DNA of 64,000 bases, taken from contig CAVNZM010000018.1 of the NCBI GenBank assembly GCA_963693365.1, positions 1,836,728 to 1,900,727 of the forward strand. The letters run 5' to 3'. A model generated the notes under the pieces. It was not told where the DNA came from and did no database searches. It worked only from the letters and a program-made list of their open reading frames with translations. This stretch comes from Amoebidium appalachense. Its lineage: Eukaryota; Protista; Ichthyosporea. Positions 14,250-29,215 of this stretch are shown piece by piece (position 1 is the stretch's first letter; each line of letters starts with the position of its first letter). The position numbers and the translations under genes were made by a program.

Positions 14250-16400
14250 TCAATGTCGTTCGGCCAAGTATGTACTTCAATCTACGGGAGGGAGGCCTAG
14301 GCCTCATGTTTCTAAAGTTATCGATTATTCATCAGGGCATTAACGCCCCGGGCTGCAGGGGCTGGAAGGGGAGCTCGAGGGGCCCGGACTCCGGACGGGC
14401 GGGCAGGCGGGCGGGCAGGGGCGGGGGGAGGGGAGGGGGGGAGGAGGGAGGGAGGGAGAGATGATCATCCCGGCTGAGTGCACCTACAACCTATCTTTTT
14501 GGCCTGCGAGCTCAGCCCTGTACCGTAGATGGCGCTCAGCAAAATGTGATCATCATATCGGTATCTCATTCTCGTGCACGGATGGCACCGGTATACGTAG
14601 CTTTCATAAGAAATTCGCCTAAATATAACCAATAAGGGATTTTTAAAGGTACCATGTGCTATTTTGCTTATGGTATCTTATGAGATACAGTGGTGGCGTA
14701 TATTCAGTGATTCATATGGATCGATCATGAATCATGATCGAGTCTCATCGAATCGATTGAGATCGTTTGTTTGTTTACTTTTGCAACCATTTTTTGCGGC
14801 CAATCACAAAAAACCTCGGCACATAGCTATTGTAGCTATCTCCGAACCCCCAAACTCCATGCTAACGCCAACGGGGAAACTACAATATTTTTCTTTTGAC
14901 TGGATTTATTCGACGGGAAGATATGCAAGTATGCACGGCATACTGAGAAGACAATAAAAACTTCACGAGTTATCCAGTAACAAGTGCATACTGAGATACC
15001 TGAACACTGTGTGAAAATCATATAAATACTCAATGTGACGACCAACAGAATTCAACAAAAAGTCTAAAGTGTTCACATTGCCAGCCAGTGTGGCAGACGC
15101 CCGTAGGAAAAGAGGTAAAACGCGACATAAAAACTCACACCTATCAACATGCTTGCGATTAAAAAGTTCAGCACAAAAGTGGCACCAGCGGCGATGGAGA
15201 CAAAAAATACAACGCCACTGCACAACTTCCCAGGCAATATCAACATCAGAGCACCATACAGACTTATCTACTAGGGTACGTACAACAGGAGAAATATATC
15301 CTGCCAAAGCTCCCAAAAAGCGATAACTTATCAGTACGGTGTTGCCTACCGGGAACATAACACATGCCGACTGAGTTTTACCTTTGATTTCTCTATCAGA
15401 ACGAGAAAGAAACTTATACTGCGTATGGTAATAACGCGAAAAGGCAGAAAAAACAGGAAGAGAAAAGAAAGAGGGAGTGAGATAGCGAGAGGAAGAATCA
15501 GGTTGAAAGAGGGTAGGCTGAGGACATTCAGAAGTAGCGTTGGTGAATCGGGAGGGAAGAGGGATGGAGGGAGGGTGGGGAATGAAAGCATAAAGAGGGT
15601 GACCATCAGATATCCTACAGTAACTAAATGAAGAAAAAAACGAAGAGACGATTCCTCCATACGACAAACAGCAGCCGAAACTAATATAGTTTCAAAAACA
15701 CCATGAGTCCATAGGCCAAATCATGAATCACAGTGTATCTTACAAAGTTTACCAGTGCCCAGTGGTCCTTATTTTATTAATGTACAGTATGAACAATAGA
15801 AAAAAAACTACCGCTCAGAAATTTATCAGTTATAATTTTTGGTTCTTTTTCATATCCATGGCCACGTTTAGTACCGAGGCTATAATGGCCATATTTCATC
15901 CAAACAACAATATTACAATATTAATTAATTCAAGAGGAGAACAGTTACTCCGAAAATTTGGATCGTAGTCTTGAGATCAGTCTTGGGAGAAGATTGCCAC
16001 ATTAATTGAACCAATCAGTTGCGCGCTTCGCACAAGGAAGGCCGCCGGCCAAGGGTGCGTCTTAGAATTTTTTTGTAACTTTCCCCCCGACTTGGAAATT
16101 AGTTTCTAATATGAAAATCTATGCAATCTTCTAGGGTATTTCAGGGCCATTTCGGTGGCCAAACTTGAATTCTACCCTTTTTTTTTTTTCTTTTGTTTCT
16201 CAGCCAGCCGGCACGGTTGAGAACACGCCGTGATCTAGATCATGACATAGCCGGAGCCTGAGGCCGCCTAGAGTCATCATCGTTCTCACAGTGACCACTT
16301 CAGATCACCACGTAGTGACGCACTATATTGGCAATATATACACACCTGCCACGTAATCGTTCGACCGTCGGCCTCAGCCGCGACGCATGACCGAGCATAC

Positions 16401-16772
16401 TGAGCCGCTTCGCGTTGATCTAAATATCTAAATATCTAGATTGTTAAATTTACGTATAAAACTTCCGCAATTCTATCGATCTGTTAAATGTTTAAAGTTT
16501 CATAAAATCTAGATCGATTTCGACCCTCTTCCAGATGGGCGCATCTGGAAGAGGGGGGGCGGGGGGGCTTCTAGATGTCTGGGATGAGACGATTGGTCCT
16601 TGGAATTCGCCTAATTATCTCTTATCCAATAGAATTGCGAGCTACGATCTAGATAATTCAGTTTCTAAACTGCTCTACGCGAATCGAGCAGGCTATTAGA
16701 TATTTAGAGAACGGCATTGTTTCTCTAATTTCGCTGAGTATTTAGATATTTAGATCAACGCGAAGCGACTCA
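16401..16772. mobile_element. MITE-like element with ~34-bp terminal inverted repeats
   Basis: Left tgagccgcttcgcgttgatctaaatatctaaata matches the reverse complement of right tatttagatatttagatcaacgcgaagcgactca with 1 mismatch. Internal perfect 14-bp hairpin at 16524-16555. No clear TSD. Confidence 0.7.
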
Positions 16773-17404
16773 TTCTAATTTTCAAGGCCTAGGGTATGAG
16801 TTGGCGCGTGATCAGTCGCTTCGGAAGGAGAGTTTTGTCAGCCTTGAAAAGTAAGAGCTACCACCAAAGGTAGCTGCAGTATACACACGGTCCTTCCTTC
16901 TGTCCTTGAATGAAAACGGTTACGTACTACATCTACCGCCCGAGTCATGTCATCACTTGCTTGGCCATAATGAGGCCTCAGGCTCCCCATGGGCAATGCA
17001 TATGGCCATTTGCACGTACTGATATGGGCCTCATCATCCCGGAGAAGCCAGGAGAAGCCTTGATATTTTATCATAATTGAAGGCCTTCAAGTTAACCAGT
17101 TATGATCCCTGTCCGACTCGTGAAAAACGTCGTGACAGTCACCGCCTCAGTGGCCATGCCAAACGTACGTGTGTATGTATCCAGTGATCTCCCACGTGCA
17201 CCGTGCTAGGCCTAGCCAATATCAAAGCCTCCCGGTCAGTTTGATAGCTGGAGCCCTTTTGGTACAGTACCACCAGGGCTGGAGTGTATTAGCAATAAGG
17301 CTAGTCCACTATTCATCAGTATGAGCCCGGGGGTTGTGAGCCATGGCCAGATCTGGACGTGCTTTCTTTAGGTCTTCCTGTAATCTATCTCTCGTGACAG
17401 TCCA

Positions 17405-18545
<1,141 letters not shown>

Positions 18546-18771
18546 ACATACACCCACGCGCACGCGTATGTATACACTGCATGGTACTACTTGAATACAC
18601 CGTGTCACAGATCACGAGTCCAGGGAAGATTGCCGTCTTGTTTTGGTGAACTGTATTTGTATTTAAAAGTAAATTATTGATATCCTGCTGTCGTAACCAT
18701 GGTCACTGTAAGGTCACTGTGCATGTGATCAAAGTTTGTGTTCAAATTGTGTGTGTGTGTGTGTGTGTGTG

Positions 18772-18808
<37 letters not shown>

Positions 18809-19101
18809 TCGAATGCCACCTGCTCACATGTACTGCTGTTTTAGCACCCGTATACAGCACCATGCAGTACCGGCGGACAGGCTGAGAAGATCATTTGGAA
18901 CATTCAGAAAATCATTAAGCCTTTCATTCAAGAGTCCAGACACAACATCTTGTGGGAAATCGAAAACACTAAGACACATGTTTCTTCCTGTTAATCCCTC
19001 CCCCTCGCGGGGCCCCACAAAAAAAAAAAACCAAAAAAAAAAAAACCACCCCTCCCCAGTGCGGCACTCGGACACTTAATTGTTCCATACCCCCCCCCCC
19101 C

Positions 19102-19134
<33 letters not shown>

Positions 19135-19305
19135 TCTCCTCTCCCCCTTCCCCCTACCTTGCTCCCCCTCCCCTGCTCCAGTTACTGAGCTGCTTTCTCA
19201 GTGGCACGGAGATTATGCAAGCCCCCCCCCCCCCCCCCCCCCCCCCAAACATACACACGCGCTGGTTCCCCCCCCCCCCTCCCTCCCCCCCCCCCCCCCC
19301 CCCCC

Positions 19306-19345
<40 letters not shown>

Positions 19346-19657
19346 CCCCCCCCCCCCCCCTCCAAAAAAAAAAAAAAAACACACACATGCACACACACCC
19401 ATATGGCCCAGCAAGTTACAGCCAAAGGGGTTTCATTTAGGTGCAGTCACTGTTTGCCCACAGAAACTTTGAATGCCATGGTGCATGAGTCAATTATATA
19501 TTTTATTCTTATTACATTTTTATGTTTACATCATTATTTAAAATTCATCAAGATTATGCATGATTTTTTACTCCTTTTCTGCAAATAAATTCTATGTCGC
19601 AGTTCTTATCCCCCCCCCCCCCCCCCCCCCCCCCACCCACACACACACACACGCACC

Positions 19658-19717
<60 letters not shown>

Positions 19718-19861
19718 CACACACACACTGTTGTTACTTTTCAAACCACCCTCTTAACTCCAAAAAAAAATACATTGTCAATGGAACATACATCAGCACT
19801 TTCAAACCCTTAAGTTGTTCCTTTACAAGTACACGTTGGACAAAGGCAGCGTAGGAACGGG

Positions 19862-20680
19862 GTTGTTCGTGTGTCACAGAGCAACAGACACACATTCATG
19901 AAAACACTGTACAAAACCTGCGTACTAGGGCACACACAAATAGCATATATAGATAAATCATCACAAGCAGAGCCCATTCCCGAGGAGGGGGGTTTTGAAT
20001 GCGGAACACAGTACGAAGTACGCATACACGATGAGAAGCATGGTGCAGGACACATGCAAAGGCAAACATTCAAGTATGCAGCATCAGCCATGCGCACAGT
20101 ATGCGTCATAAGCAGAGCCCATCCTCAGGGAGGGCCCAAGTCATCAATTGCGTCTGAGTTTCGACCCCTTAGCCCGCGTATATACGACGCTCCAACTCAG
20201 ACAGCAGCATCAACTGAACTTGGGTGGGTCAACCCGTCTTGATCAAAGACGAGCAGGGTTGCTTATGCAAGCAAGGTGAGCAAAACGGTGAAGATGTATG
20301 TGCAAACTAATGCAGTGCAGCGACAAACGCGTATGTGCTTACAGATGCACGACACAGAGCAACCATGCCCGGTTGCATGGAAGTAAAGATGTCTCCACAC
20401 AGTGGTCTGTCCTGAAAGGACACCTCTGAAAGAAGACAGGGGGGGTTTTGAATGCGGAACACAGTACGAAGTACGCATACACGATGAGAAGCATGGTGCA
20501 GGACACATGCAAAGGCAAACATTCAAGTATGCAGCATCAGCCATGCGCACAGTATGCGTCATAAGCAGAGCCGGGGGGAGGGGGGGGGGGGGGGGAAGGT
20601 ACACAGTCACGACAACACAGTGCAGAAGCTACAGGGCACACACAAAGAGCATGCATCACAAGCACAGCCCATCCGCGGGC
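19862..20680 (-). mobile_element. Head-to-tail cluster of four copies of the dispersed element
   Basis: Diverged 3' fragment ~20680-20598, subfamily B 3' fragment 20572-20446, long B copy 20438-19993 and diverged fragment ~19985-19862. All are co-oriented and separated by C-runs. Confidence 0.8.
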
Positions 20681-20681
20681 G

Positions 20682-20722
<41 letters not shown>

Positions 20723-20835
20723 GGGGGGGAGGGTTGAGGGAAGGGAGGGAGGGAGGGGGGAGGGGGGTTTTTGCAGTATACACGGCCGATCACAAGTAGC
20801 CAAAACTTGAAAATCATGGCGGCCATATATGGGTA

Positions 20836-20925
20836 TCATGCGAGTGAAGTGATTGGTTCAGGTGTCGGCACCAAGCTTTCCTCTGGGTCATCCACAAACA
20901 CCGGTATCTCCCTGTGTGTGTGTGT

Positions 20926-20962
<37 letters not shown>

Positions 20963-21020
20963 TGTGTGTATGTATGTGTATGTATGTGTGTGTGTGTGTG
21001 GTGTGTGTGTGCGTGCGTGC

Positions 21021-21102
<82 letters not shown>

Positions 21103-22009
21103 CCGTGTGCGCATACCCGCACTTAGGCGTACTGCTGCGATCATGCATTTGTGTGTTGGTGCACACATTGAAAGTCTGTGTGTGCCCGCATGTGTGCTTG
21201 TATGTGAATGCGATAAGAGCGTCTGAGAGAGTGACTAGCATTTTTGTGTTGCACGTGTCACATGTGTGTGTTGCTATGTGCACGTATATGTTCATGCTTA
21301 TGCATGTGTGCGAGCGCAAATGCTATCATCCAAGATTGCTTTCCCGATGTCAAGACGGAAGAATGTGATGGGTGGGTACTGTTATTGCTGCACGCATACA
21401 TGTGTGTGTGTGTTCCTTTCTCCAAAGCTGTCTTTTGTATTTTTGGTTAAAATGTTATCGATTTTTCTTTGTTTGCTAATTGTATTTTTGGTTGAAATGT
21501 TATCGATTTTTCTTTGTTTGCTAATTGTATTTTTGGTTGAAATGTTATCGATTCTTCTTTGTTTGCTAATTGTATTTTTGGTTGAAACGTTATCGATTTT
21601 TCTTTGTTTGCTAATTGTATTTTTGGTTGAAATGTTATCGATTTTTCTTTGTTTGCTAATTGTATTTTTGGTTGAAATGTTATCGATTTTTCTTTGTTTG
21701 CTAATTGTATTTTTGGTTGAAATGTTATCGATTTTTCTTTGTTTGCTAATTGTATTTTTGGTTGAAATGTTATCGATTTTTCTTTGTTTGCTAATTGTAT
21801 TTTTGGTTAAAATGTTATCGATTTTTCTTTGTTTGCTAATTGTATTTTTGGTTAAAATGTTATCGATTTTTCTTTGTTTGCTAATTGTATTTTTGGTTGA
21901 AATGTTATCGATTTTTCTTTGTTTGCTAATTGTATTTTTGGTTAAAATGTTATCGATTTTTCTTTGTTTGCCAAGAGTTTGATGACACGGGGGGGGATGG
22001 AAGGGGGGA

Positions 22010-22057
<48 letters not shown>

Positions 22058-22957
22058 CTGCCTTCCAGGCAAAACCAAACCTTTGTATCTCAGAAACATA
22101 CACACATGCTAGAACATACACACATGCTAGAACATACACACATGCTAGAGCACACCGATGATAATGCATTCAATACGGTGAGCGTACATCACGGCGTGCA
22201 AGTGCATGCGTATGTTTTGCACGTGTGTGTGTGCAGGTGCACATAGGCGCACGTGTGTATGTGTGCGTGCGCGTGTGTGGACACGTGCGCGTGTGTACGT
22301 GTTGATGCCGGTGTATGGGTACACGTGTGTCAAATGAGCTTCCGCGCACGTACGCAAAAGTGGACACACCTACACAGACGTACACGCACGTACACACTCA
22401 AGCAAACATACTTACGTGCACACAAACACACGCACACACCCCCACCCACCATGGTACTTTGTAGTCAGGCAGCAGGGGGCCGTGCAGGTACACGTCATCG
22501 TACAGTGCGACAAGCAGATCGTTTGCCACCCTGTGATTGGCTAAAAATCAGCAGAAGGCCAACTGCAACCAACAGAAAACCACCAATAATCACAACATAA
22601 CGTTGGTTTTATAACACTTGCAGTATGGGTACCAATAGGTTACAAATCAGGAGGTAGGAGGTGCCGTGCAGTGCAACGAGTAGATCGTTTGCCACCCTGT
22701 GATTGGCCAAAAAATCAGCAAAAAGCCAATAGTGACCAATAGAAAATCAACACAGGCGCATCATGAGCCACTGCCCTCTTTTTCTTTCCTTTCTTTTTGT
22801 TTCCCCCCCCCCCCCCCCCCCCCCCCCCAGGAAAAATCCTTTTTTTTTTTAAAAAAAAAAGACCAGAACTCACCAATTAAAATCAAACTGCCTAATACAA
22901 GTCTCACGAAAGGCCCTGTCACACTGTATTCGGAGCCCAATTCTTCTTTTCACATGA

Positions 22958-23017
<60 letters not shown>

Positions 23018-23245
23018 ACAGCACCTCCTCATCCTCCCTTACTCCCCAACATGGTCCCACACACTGTAGCCGTCCTCTCCCCTCTCACCCGTTCCTGCCT
23101 CATCACACACATGCTCACCCACCCATCCACAACCACATCCCCCTCCTCCCCTCCCCCCTCTCCACCCCCTCCCCCCGCCCCTCCCCCCATTCCCTCCCCC
23201 CCCCCCCCCCCCCCCCCCTCCCCCCGTTCCTTCCCCCCCCCCCTC

Positions 23246-23276
<31 letters not shown>

Positions 23277-26065
23277 ATACCTGTTTTGGTTACTTGAAGC
23301 CAAAGCCGCCTGTGTGTTTTTGATGAATTCCCGTTTTGACATTCGGTTTTGCACGAACCGACCCGAACGACTCAGGGAGTGGTCCAGGGAGAGAAGTATT
23401 AGTGCGTTGACAAGTATGTCGGCGCTATCTGAGGGATCATAATGTTAAAATTAAAATTTTGATTAAGTTAAAATGTAATTATCTGGCGGGGTTGAGGGGA
23501 GGGGTGGAGGGAAAGAAGTATAAAATAGTTGACATGTGTATCGGCGACAGTGTCCGAGGGGATTATAATGTTAAAATTTAATGTAGATGTAGGTGTGAAT
23601 TATAACTACTTGACGGAGTTGAGGGGGTGGTCGAGGAGGAGGAGAATAAGGGCGTTGGCCAGTATTTCGGTACTGTCTGCAGGGGTTTAAATTAAAAATT
23701 AAAAGTTTAGAGCTAATATTTGGTAGGAGGCAAGTTATTGATGTGGAGTTGATATCCTATGGAATTTGGTGTGCAATCGCGTCAAAATCTTACAGGAGAG
23801 GAAGCACCTTATCGATACAATGTTTAAGCTATACTGCATGGGGGTTCATGGCACGAGGTTAGAACTTTAACAGGCAACGATATATGGTTTAATTTTTAGC
23901 AGTCAATGATACAGAGTATAACTTGAAAGGCTTACACGTACGGGACAAGCGCTTTGACCACGACGTTGGCGATATAAGAGGGTCTTAGCACTATGTTATC
24001 CGATGATCGTGAAATTGTTGGTACAGTGTTAAATTCTTTCATTTTTGTCATTTTTAACCCATTTAGCAACATCATGACATCTGCATTCCCCCCCATCCCC
24101 CCCCCCCCCCCCCCCCCAAACACACACACACACACACATGCACAAACACAAAAGCCCTCCCCCCCCCCCCCCCCCCCCAAAAAAAAAAAAAAAAAAAAAA
24201 AAAAAAGAAAAGAAAAAAGAAAGAAAGAAAAGAAAGAAAGAAATGAAAACCTAATCCCCCCCCCCCCCTCTTCCCCTTCCCCCCCGATCCCCCAACACAT
24301 ACACTCCTCCCCCCCCCCCCTCCCCCCCCCCCCCCCCCCCCCCCCCCCCGCGCCCCCTCTCCCTCCCCCCAAATGCCACCACCTCTCCTTTTCTTTTACC
24401 CCCCTTTGCATCCACTCACCGATGGTGAAATCCGATTGGTTGCATTCCACATAGCGCTGCACAAAGTGGCTCATGAGAACCTGCCGGTGGGGCTGCTGGT
24501 TGGGTACAAGCACCAGAGAGAAGAACTTCCTGCAATTTTGAAAAATTAAAAATAATTTTTAAAGTTAAAATTTCAAAATCGTAATCCCCATGCATTGCTT
24601 CTGGTAACATCAGTGTCTCTTTGTGCAACTGCAATCTACAAAATTAAAATTAATTTTTAATAAAATTCCGAAATCATAATCCCCATGCATCTCTTCTGGT
24701 AACATCAGTGTATTGGTCTCTTTGTGCAGGTGTATGCATGCACATGCACACGTGTCTCCGGATGCAAGTTGAACCAAAAATATTTTAAAACTTTAAACTT
24801 AGAAAATTTTAAACCCCGTGCGGCGATTCTGAGCCAACTGGTGGACTTGGTCCCTTTTTTTTAAGTATACATGCACACGTGTCTCCGGCACAGTGTTTAT
24901 TTAAATTTCGTGTATAGAGGCCGGGGGGGGGGGGGGGGGGGAGGGGGGTGGGGAAAAGGGGGGGGGGGGGGGGGGGGGGGGTTCGTGAGTGCAGGGGGAA
25001 GGGAACTACCGGGGAAGGGCTGTGTGTGTGTGTGTGTGGGAGGGGGGGGGGGGGGGGGGGGAGGAGGGGGGAGGGCGCGGGGCGGGCGGGGAGGAGGGGG
25101 GGCAAGGGTGTTAACATGTGGTATACAGTCCAATGAACAAACTTGTCCCGTTTAATATAAACACAGAATGCAAAAAATCATGCACACAAATCATGTGCAA
25201 CATAAGCAGAGGCCGTGAAGAAGGGATGGAAGTGGTCGGGAGGGTAGGAGAAGAGGAGTTTAGAGTTGGGAAGGGATTGGACGGGGGGGGGGGGGGGGGG
25301 GAGGGGAATAGCTGGAGGAAAGAGGGGGGAGGGGGGAGGGGGGGGAGGGGGGGGGGGGGGGGGCTCTTACCGAAGGGCCGTAGCCAGAAGAACGTTCGAG
25401 AACTTGAGGAGTTGCATGTAGCACGATAGAATGTCGGGCCTGTGTGTGTGTGTGTGCGTGTGTGTGTGTGTGTGTGTGTATGTGTGTGTGTGTGTGTGCG
25501 CGTGTGTGTATGTCGTCATCACCTCAATGTCAGTCCAGCGAGATTTAATTAAACACACACCCACACACCCACACCCACACCCACACACACCACACTTGCG
25601 GGCACACATGCACACACATACACACATCCACACACACACACACGCACACGCACACACACGCACACACACACACACATGCCCCTCCCCCCCCCCCCCCCCC
25701 CCCCCTCCCCACCAAAAAAAAAAAAAAAAAAGAAGAAGAAGAAAAAAGCAAAGAGAACAAAAAGAAGGCCCCCCCTCCCCTCCCCCCTCCTTTTCCCGAT
25801 TTACCTCTGTCCCAGGAACTTCCCCAGTGTCTTCTGACTGACTCTCCTTTTTGCCGACAGCAGAAGTCTTGAGGTGTCCTCCGGCCTAGAGCCCAACAGT
25901 GATTGGCGCCGGAGAAATTGAAGGCCCTGATTGGATAAATATCATTTAAAACTCTCGCTTGATTGGATAATTATCACTTAAACGGACTGAAACGCTCCTT
26001 TGATTGATATATTAAGAAGGCGTCTTTGATAAAAAACAGCGGAGCATTCCTTGGAGTATATTTTA

Positions 26066-26100
<35 letters not shown>

Positions 26101-26223
26101 TATTTCTTCTCACACTGCAGGAAATGAAGCGGGCAAAAAAAAAAAAAAAGCACGGAACCGGGAGAAAAAAGGGTACTACTAGAAAAAAAAAGGGAAAAAA
26201 GGGGGGGTAGGGGAGGGGGTGTG

Positions 26224-26268
<45 letters not shown>

Positions 26269-26319
26269 GGGGGGGATCCCGGGGGATCCACATACACTTA
26301 TCCCCCACCCAAATACCCC

Positions 26320-26385
<66 letters not shown>

Positions 26386-26522
26386 ATAGCAGTCCATCCT
26401 CCTGCGTTTTCAGCTGCTTATTTTCGCCAATCATATTTTGTGTTTGACTTTCCTGATATTTACTTCCTGAGAACTTTGAACATTCAAAAACCTCTGACGT
26501 AATTCGTGTGCAGCACCAACGA

Positions 26523-26557
<35 letters not shown>

Positions 26558-26731
26558 AAACAACAACAACAACAACAAAAAAAGGAAAGAAAGGAAGGAA
26601 GGAGAAAGGCAACATACCTTCGGAGGATTTACGTTGAACAGACCAATTCCTTCATCAATTAGGAGATACACACTCTTCCACTGTACAAGTTAATTGTTAG
26701 TGTCCCCCCCCCCCCCCCCCCCCCCCCAAAT

Positions 26732-26814
<83 letters not shown>

Positions 26815-26924
26815 AAAAAAAAAAAAGAATGCAAGCGAAAGGAGGAAAAAGGACAACAAGAGAAAACACAAAAAAGAGGAGAAAGGATTAAGAGAGGGGG
26901 ATGAAAGTTTTCTTTTTCTTTTTT

Positions 26925-26955
<31 letters not shown>

Positions 26956-27816
26956 GGGGGGAGAGGGGGGAGGGGGGGAGGGGAAAAATATACGAATTGG
27001 GGGAGAGAGGGAAGACGGGAGTGGAGTGTGTGTGTGTGTGTGTGCGTGGGGGGGGGGGGGGGGGGGGGGGGGCGGAGGGGGGAGGCACCATGTTCCTGAA
27101 CACAACGAAAAAAAGGAAAGGAGGGAAAATCGAAAATAGAGAAATAGAGGCGGAGGAAGGAGATGGAGACGGAGAGGGGAGGGAGGGGAAGGGAGAGGGG
27201 GAGGGGGAGGGATGGAGGAAGATAGAGGGAGAAGGAAACGAGAATGAGAGGGGAGGAGGGGGAGGGGGGGGGAGAGGGGGGACGACAGGAAGGGGTGGTG
27301 AAAGAATGCATGATGCACCAGAAATTGGGAAAAACGGAGAGTACGCGGGTTTCTTTTAGGTTTCCGGGTCGGGTCGGGTCAGACCAAAAGAGTTTTAAGA
27401 GCTATGATTGGTGTGATTTGTACCTGCTTGACCCGAGCGGCCCAATAAATAATAGTAAATTGACCTACAAAAAACTCCGTTTTTTCCTGTTAACTCATTG
27501 AAACCACAATATCAAGAATTGTTTTTTTAGAAAATAGAACAGGGCAGGAAGAGGTCACTTGAACAGAGCCCGTCATCAGGAAAAATCTTCCAACACCTTT
27601 ACAACACGCACATGTTTCGACTTCTAAACCTTTCTCACGTGGTTCCCACCACATTCTTTGCCTAAAAACCTCCTTGTTTTTCGGGGTCGAGGGAGGTGGC
27701 GAAGGGGGGGAGGAGGAGGAGGAGGAGGGGGGGGGGGGCTTTTGCATACCTGCCTGCCTCCTATTCTTGGGGTGTTGGTGCGAACACCAAAGTCAGATAT
27801 ACAGAGTTCACGCCAC

Positions 27817-27882
<66 letters not shown>

Positions 27883-28861
27883 ACGCGCGTGTGCCGCATG
27901 TGCACGTGCGTGCATGTGTGTGTGCGTGCGGATCCCATCATATGAGACAGACAAAGTGAGATAAGGGATTAAGGAGAAAGGGTTCAAAACAGACTATGTA
28001 CGCTGTCAGACTAGCAAAATTTAGCCGCCGTCTGCTGAAATCGCCATGGCATTTGACGTCACTTCAGATTGACACTTTCCCGGAAGTCTGTAGTCTGACG
28101 AGGTGCGTAATCTGTTTTGAATCTTTTTTCCTTAAAGATGAGCTGAGATAATCAGAAGTATAATAGCCTAAAGGGATATAGACAAATAGAAGGGTGAGAC
28201 AGAAAGAGATAGAAGTAAGATAGCCTAAGAGATGTAGAAAACTAGATATATGAGAAATAGGAGATAGGGCAGATAGAAGATAACCAAAGGGATATAGACA
28301 GATAGATTGGATAGACAGAATATATTAAAGTTAGAAGTGAGATGGCCAAAGGGAAATAGACATAGATAGGAAGGAAGCCTGATGGGATATATACGAAAGG
28401 ATAGATAGAAATACTCGGATATGACTACATAATAGATAGAAGTAATGTACCCGAAGGGACATATGAATTAAATTGAGACATTCTAAGCAGAGATAGACAT
28501 AATGAGATAGTCTGAGGGGGAGAGAACATACCCCGTCATCTTCAGCCAGATGTCTGTATGGGTCACTCACACAGGCAAGCACACACAGGTCGGTAGCGTT
28601 GAGGAAGGAAAAGATACGAAGGACAACCTCTTTGGGTAGAACACGCCTGTGTGCACGTGTGTGTGTGCGCGTGTGTGTACTCGTGTTGGTGTGTAAGTGT
28701 GTAAGTAGGTGTGTGTGTGTGTGTGCACGTGTGTGTGTGCGCGTGTGTGTACTCGTGTTGGTGTGTAAGTGTGTAAGTAGGTGTGTGTGTGTGTGTGCAC
28801 GTGTGTGTGTGCGCGTGTGTATGCGTGCATTTGTGAGGGTGTTTTTGCGTGCTTCTGTATG

Positions 28862-28938
<77 letters not shown>

Positions 28939-29175
28939 CGGGGGGAGGGGGGGCGTGTGTGGTGAATTCATTTCAGAACCTTCGTACCATCTCCCACACT
29001 CTCCTTGCAATGCACACGTCAATGAAAAATCACCCCCCCACCCCCACCCAACCTCTTCTTTCCTCCACTCCCTCCTTTCCCCTCAGAAACCCTTGCTCTC
29101 ACACTGTTTCCTATTATCTTAGATTAACTACCCACACCGTCGACGTAAGATAATATGGGTTCCTACAACCACCCC

Positions 29176-29215
<40 letters not shown>

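Noticed and set aside
14316-14400. Polylinker-like string (ATCGAT, CCCGGGCTGCAG, CTCGAGGGGCCCGG) reminiscent of a cloning vector
   Set aside because: Order and intervening bases differ from the pBluescript MCS and no vector sequence flanks it; likely chance in GC-rich DNA.
14963-15667. 234-aa minus-strand ORF
   Set aside because: Non-ATG start, half low-complexity, no recognisable motif or splice support.
21266-21982. 238-aa hydrophobic repeat ORF, or a CRISPR array
   Set aside because: It is a spacerless 45-bp minisatellite in an intron, antisense to FBXO8, with no cas genes.
22873-22925. Extra FBXO8 exon with GTGAGT donor
   Set aside because: The protein aligns to FBXO8 without it; cannot be supported without transcripts.
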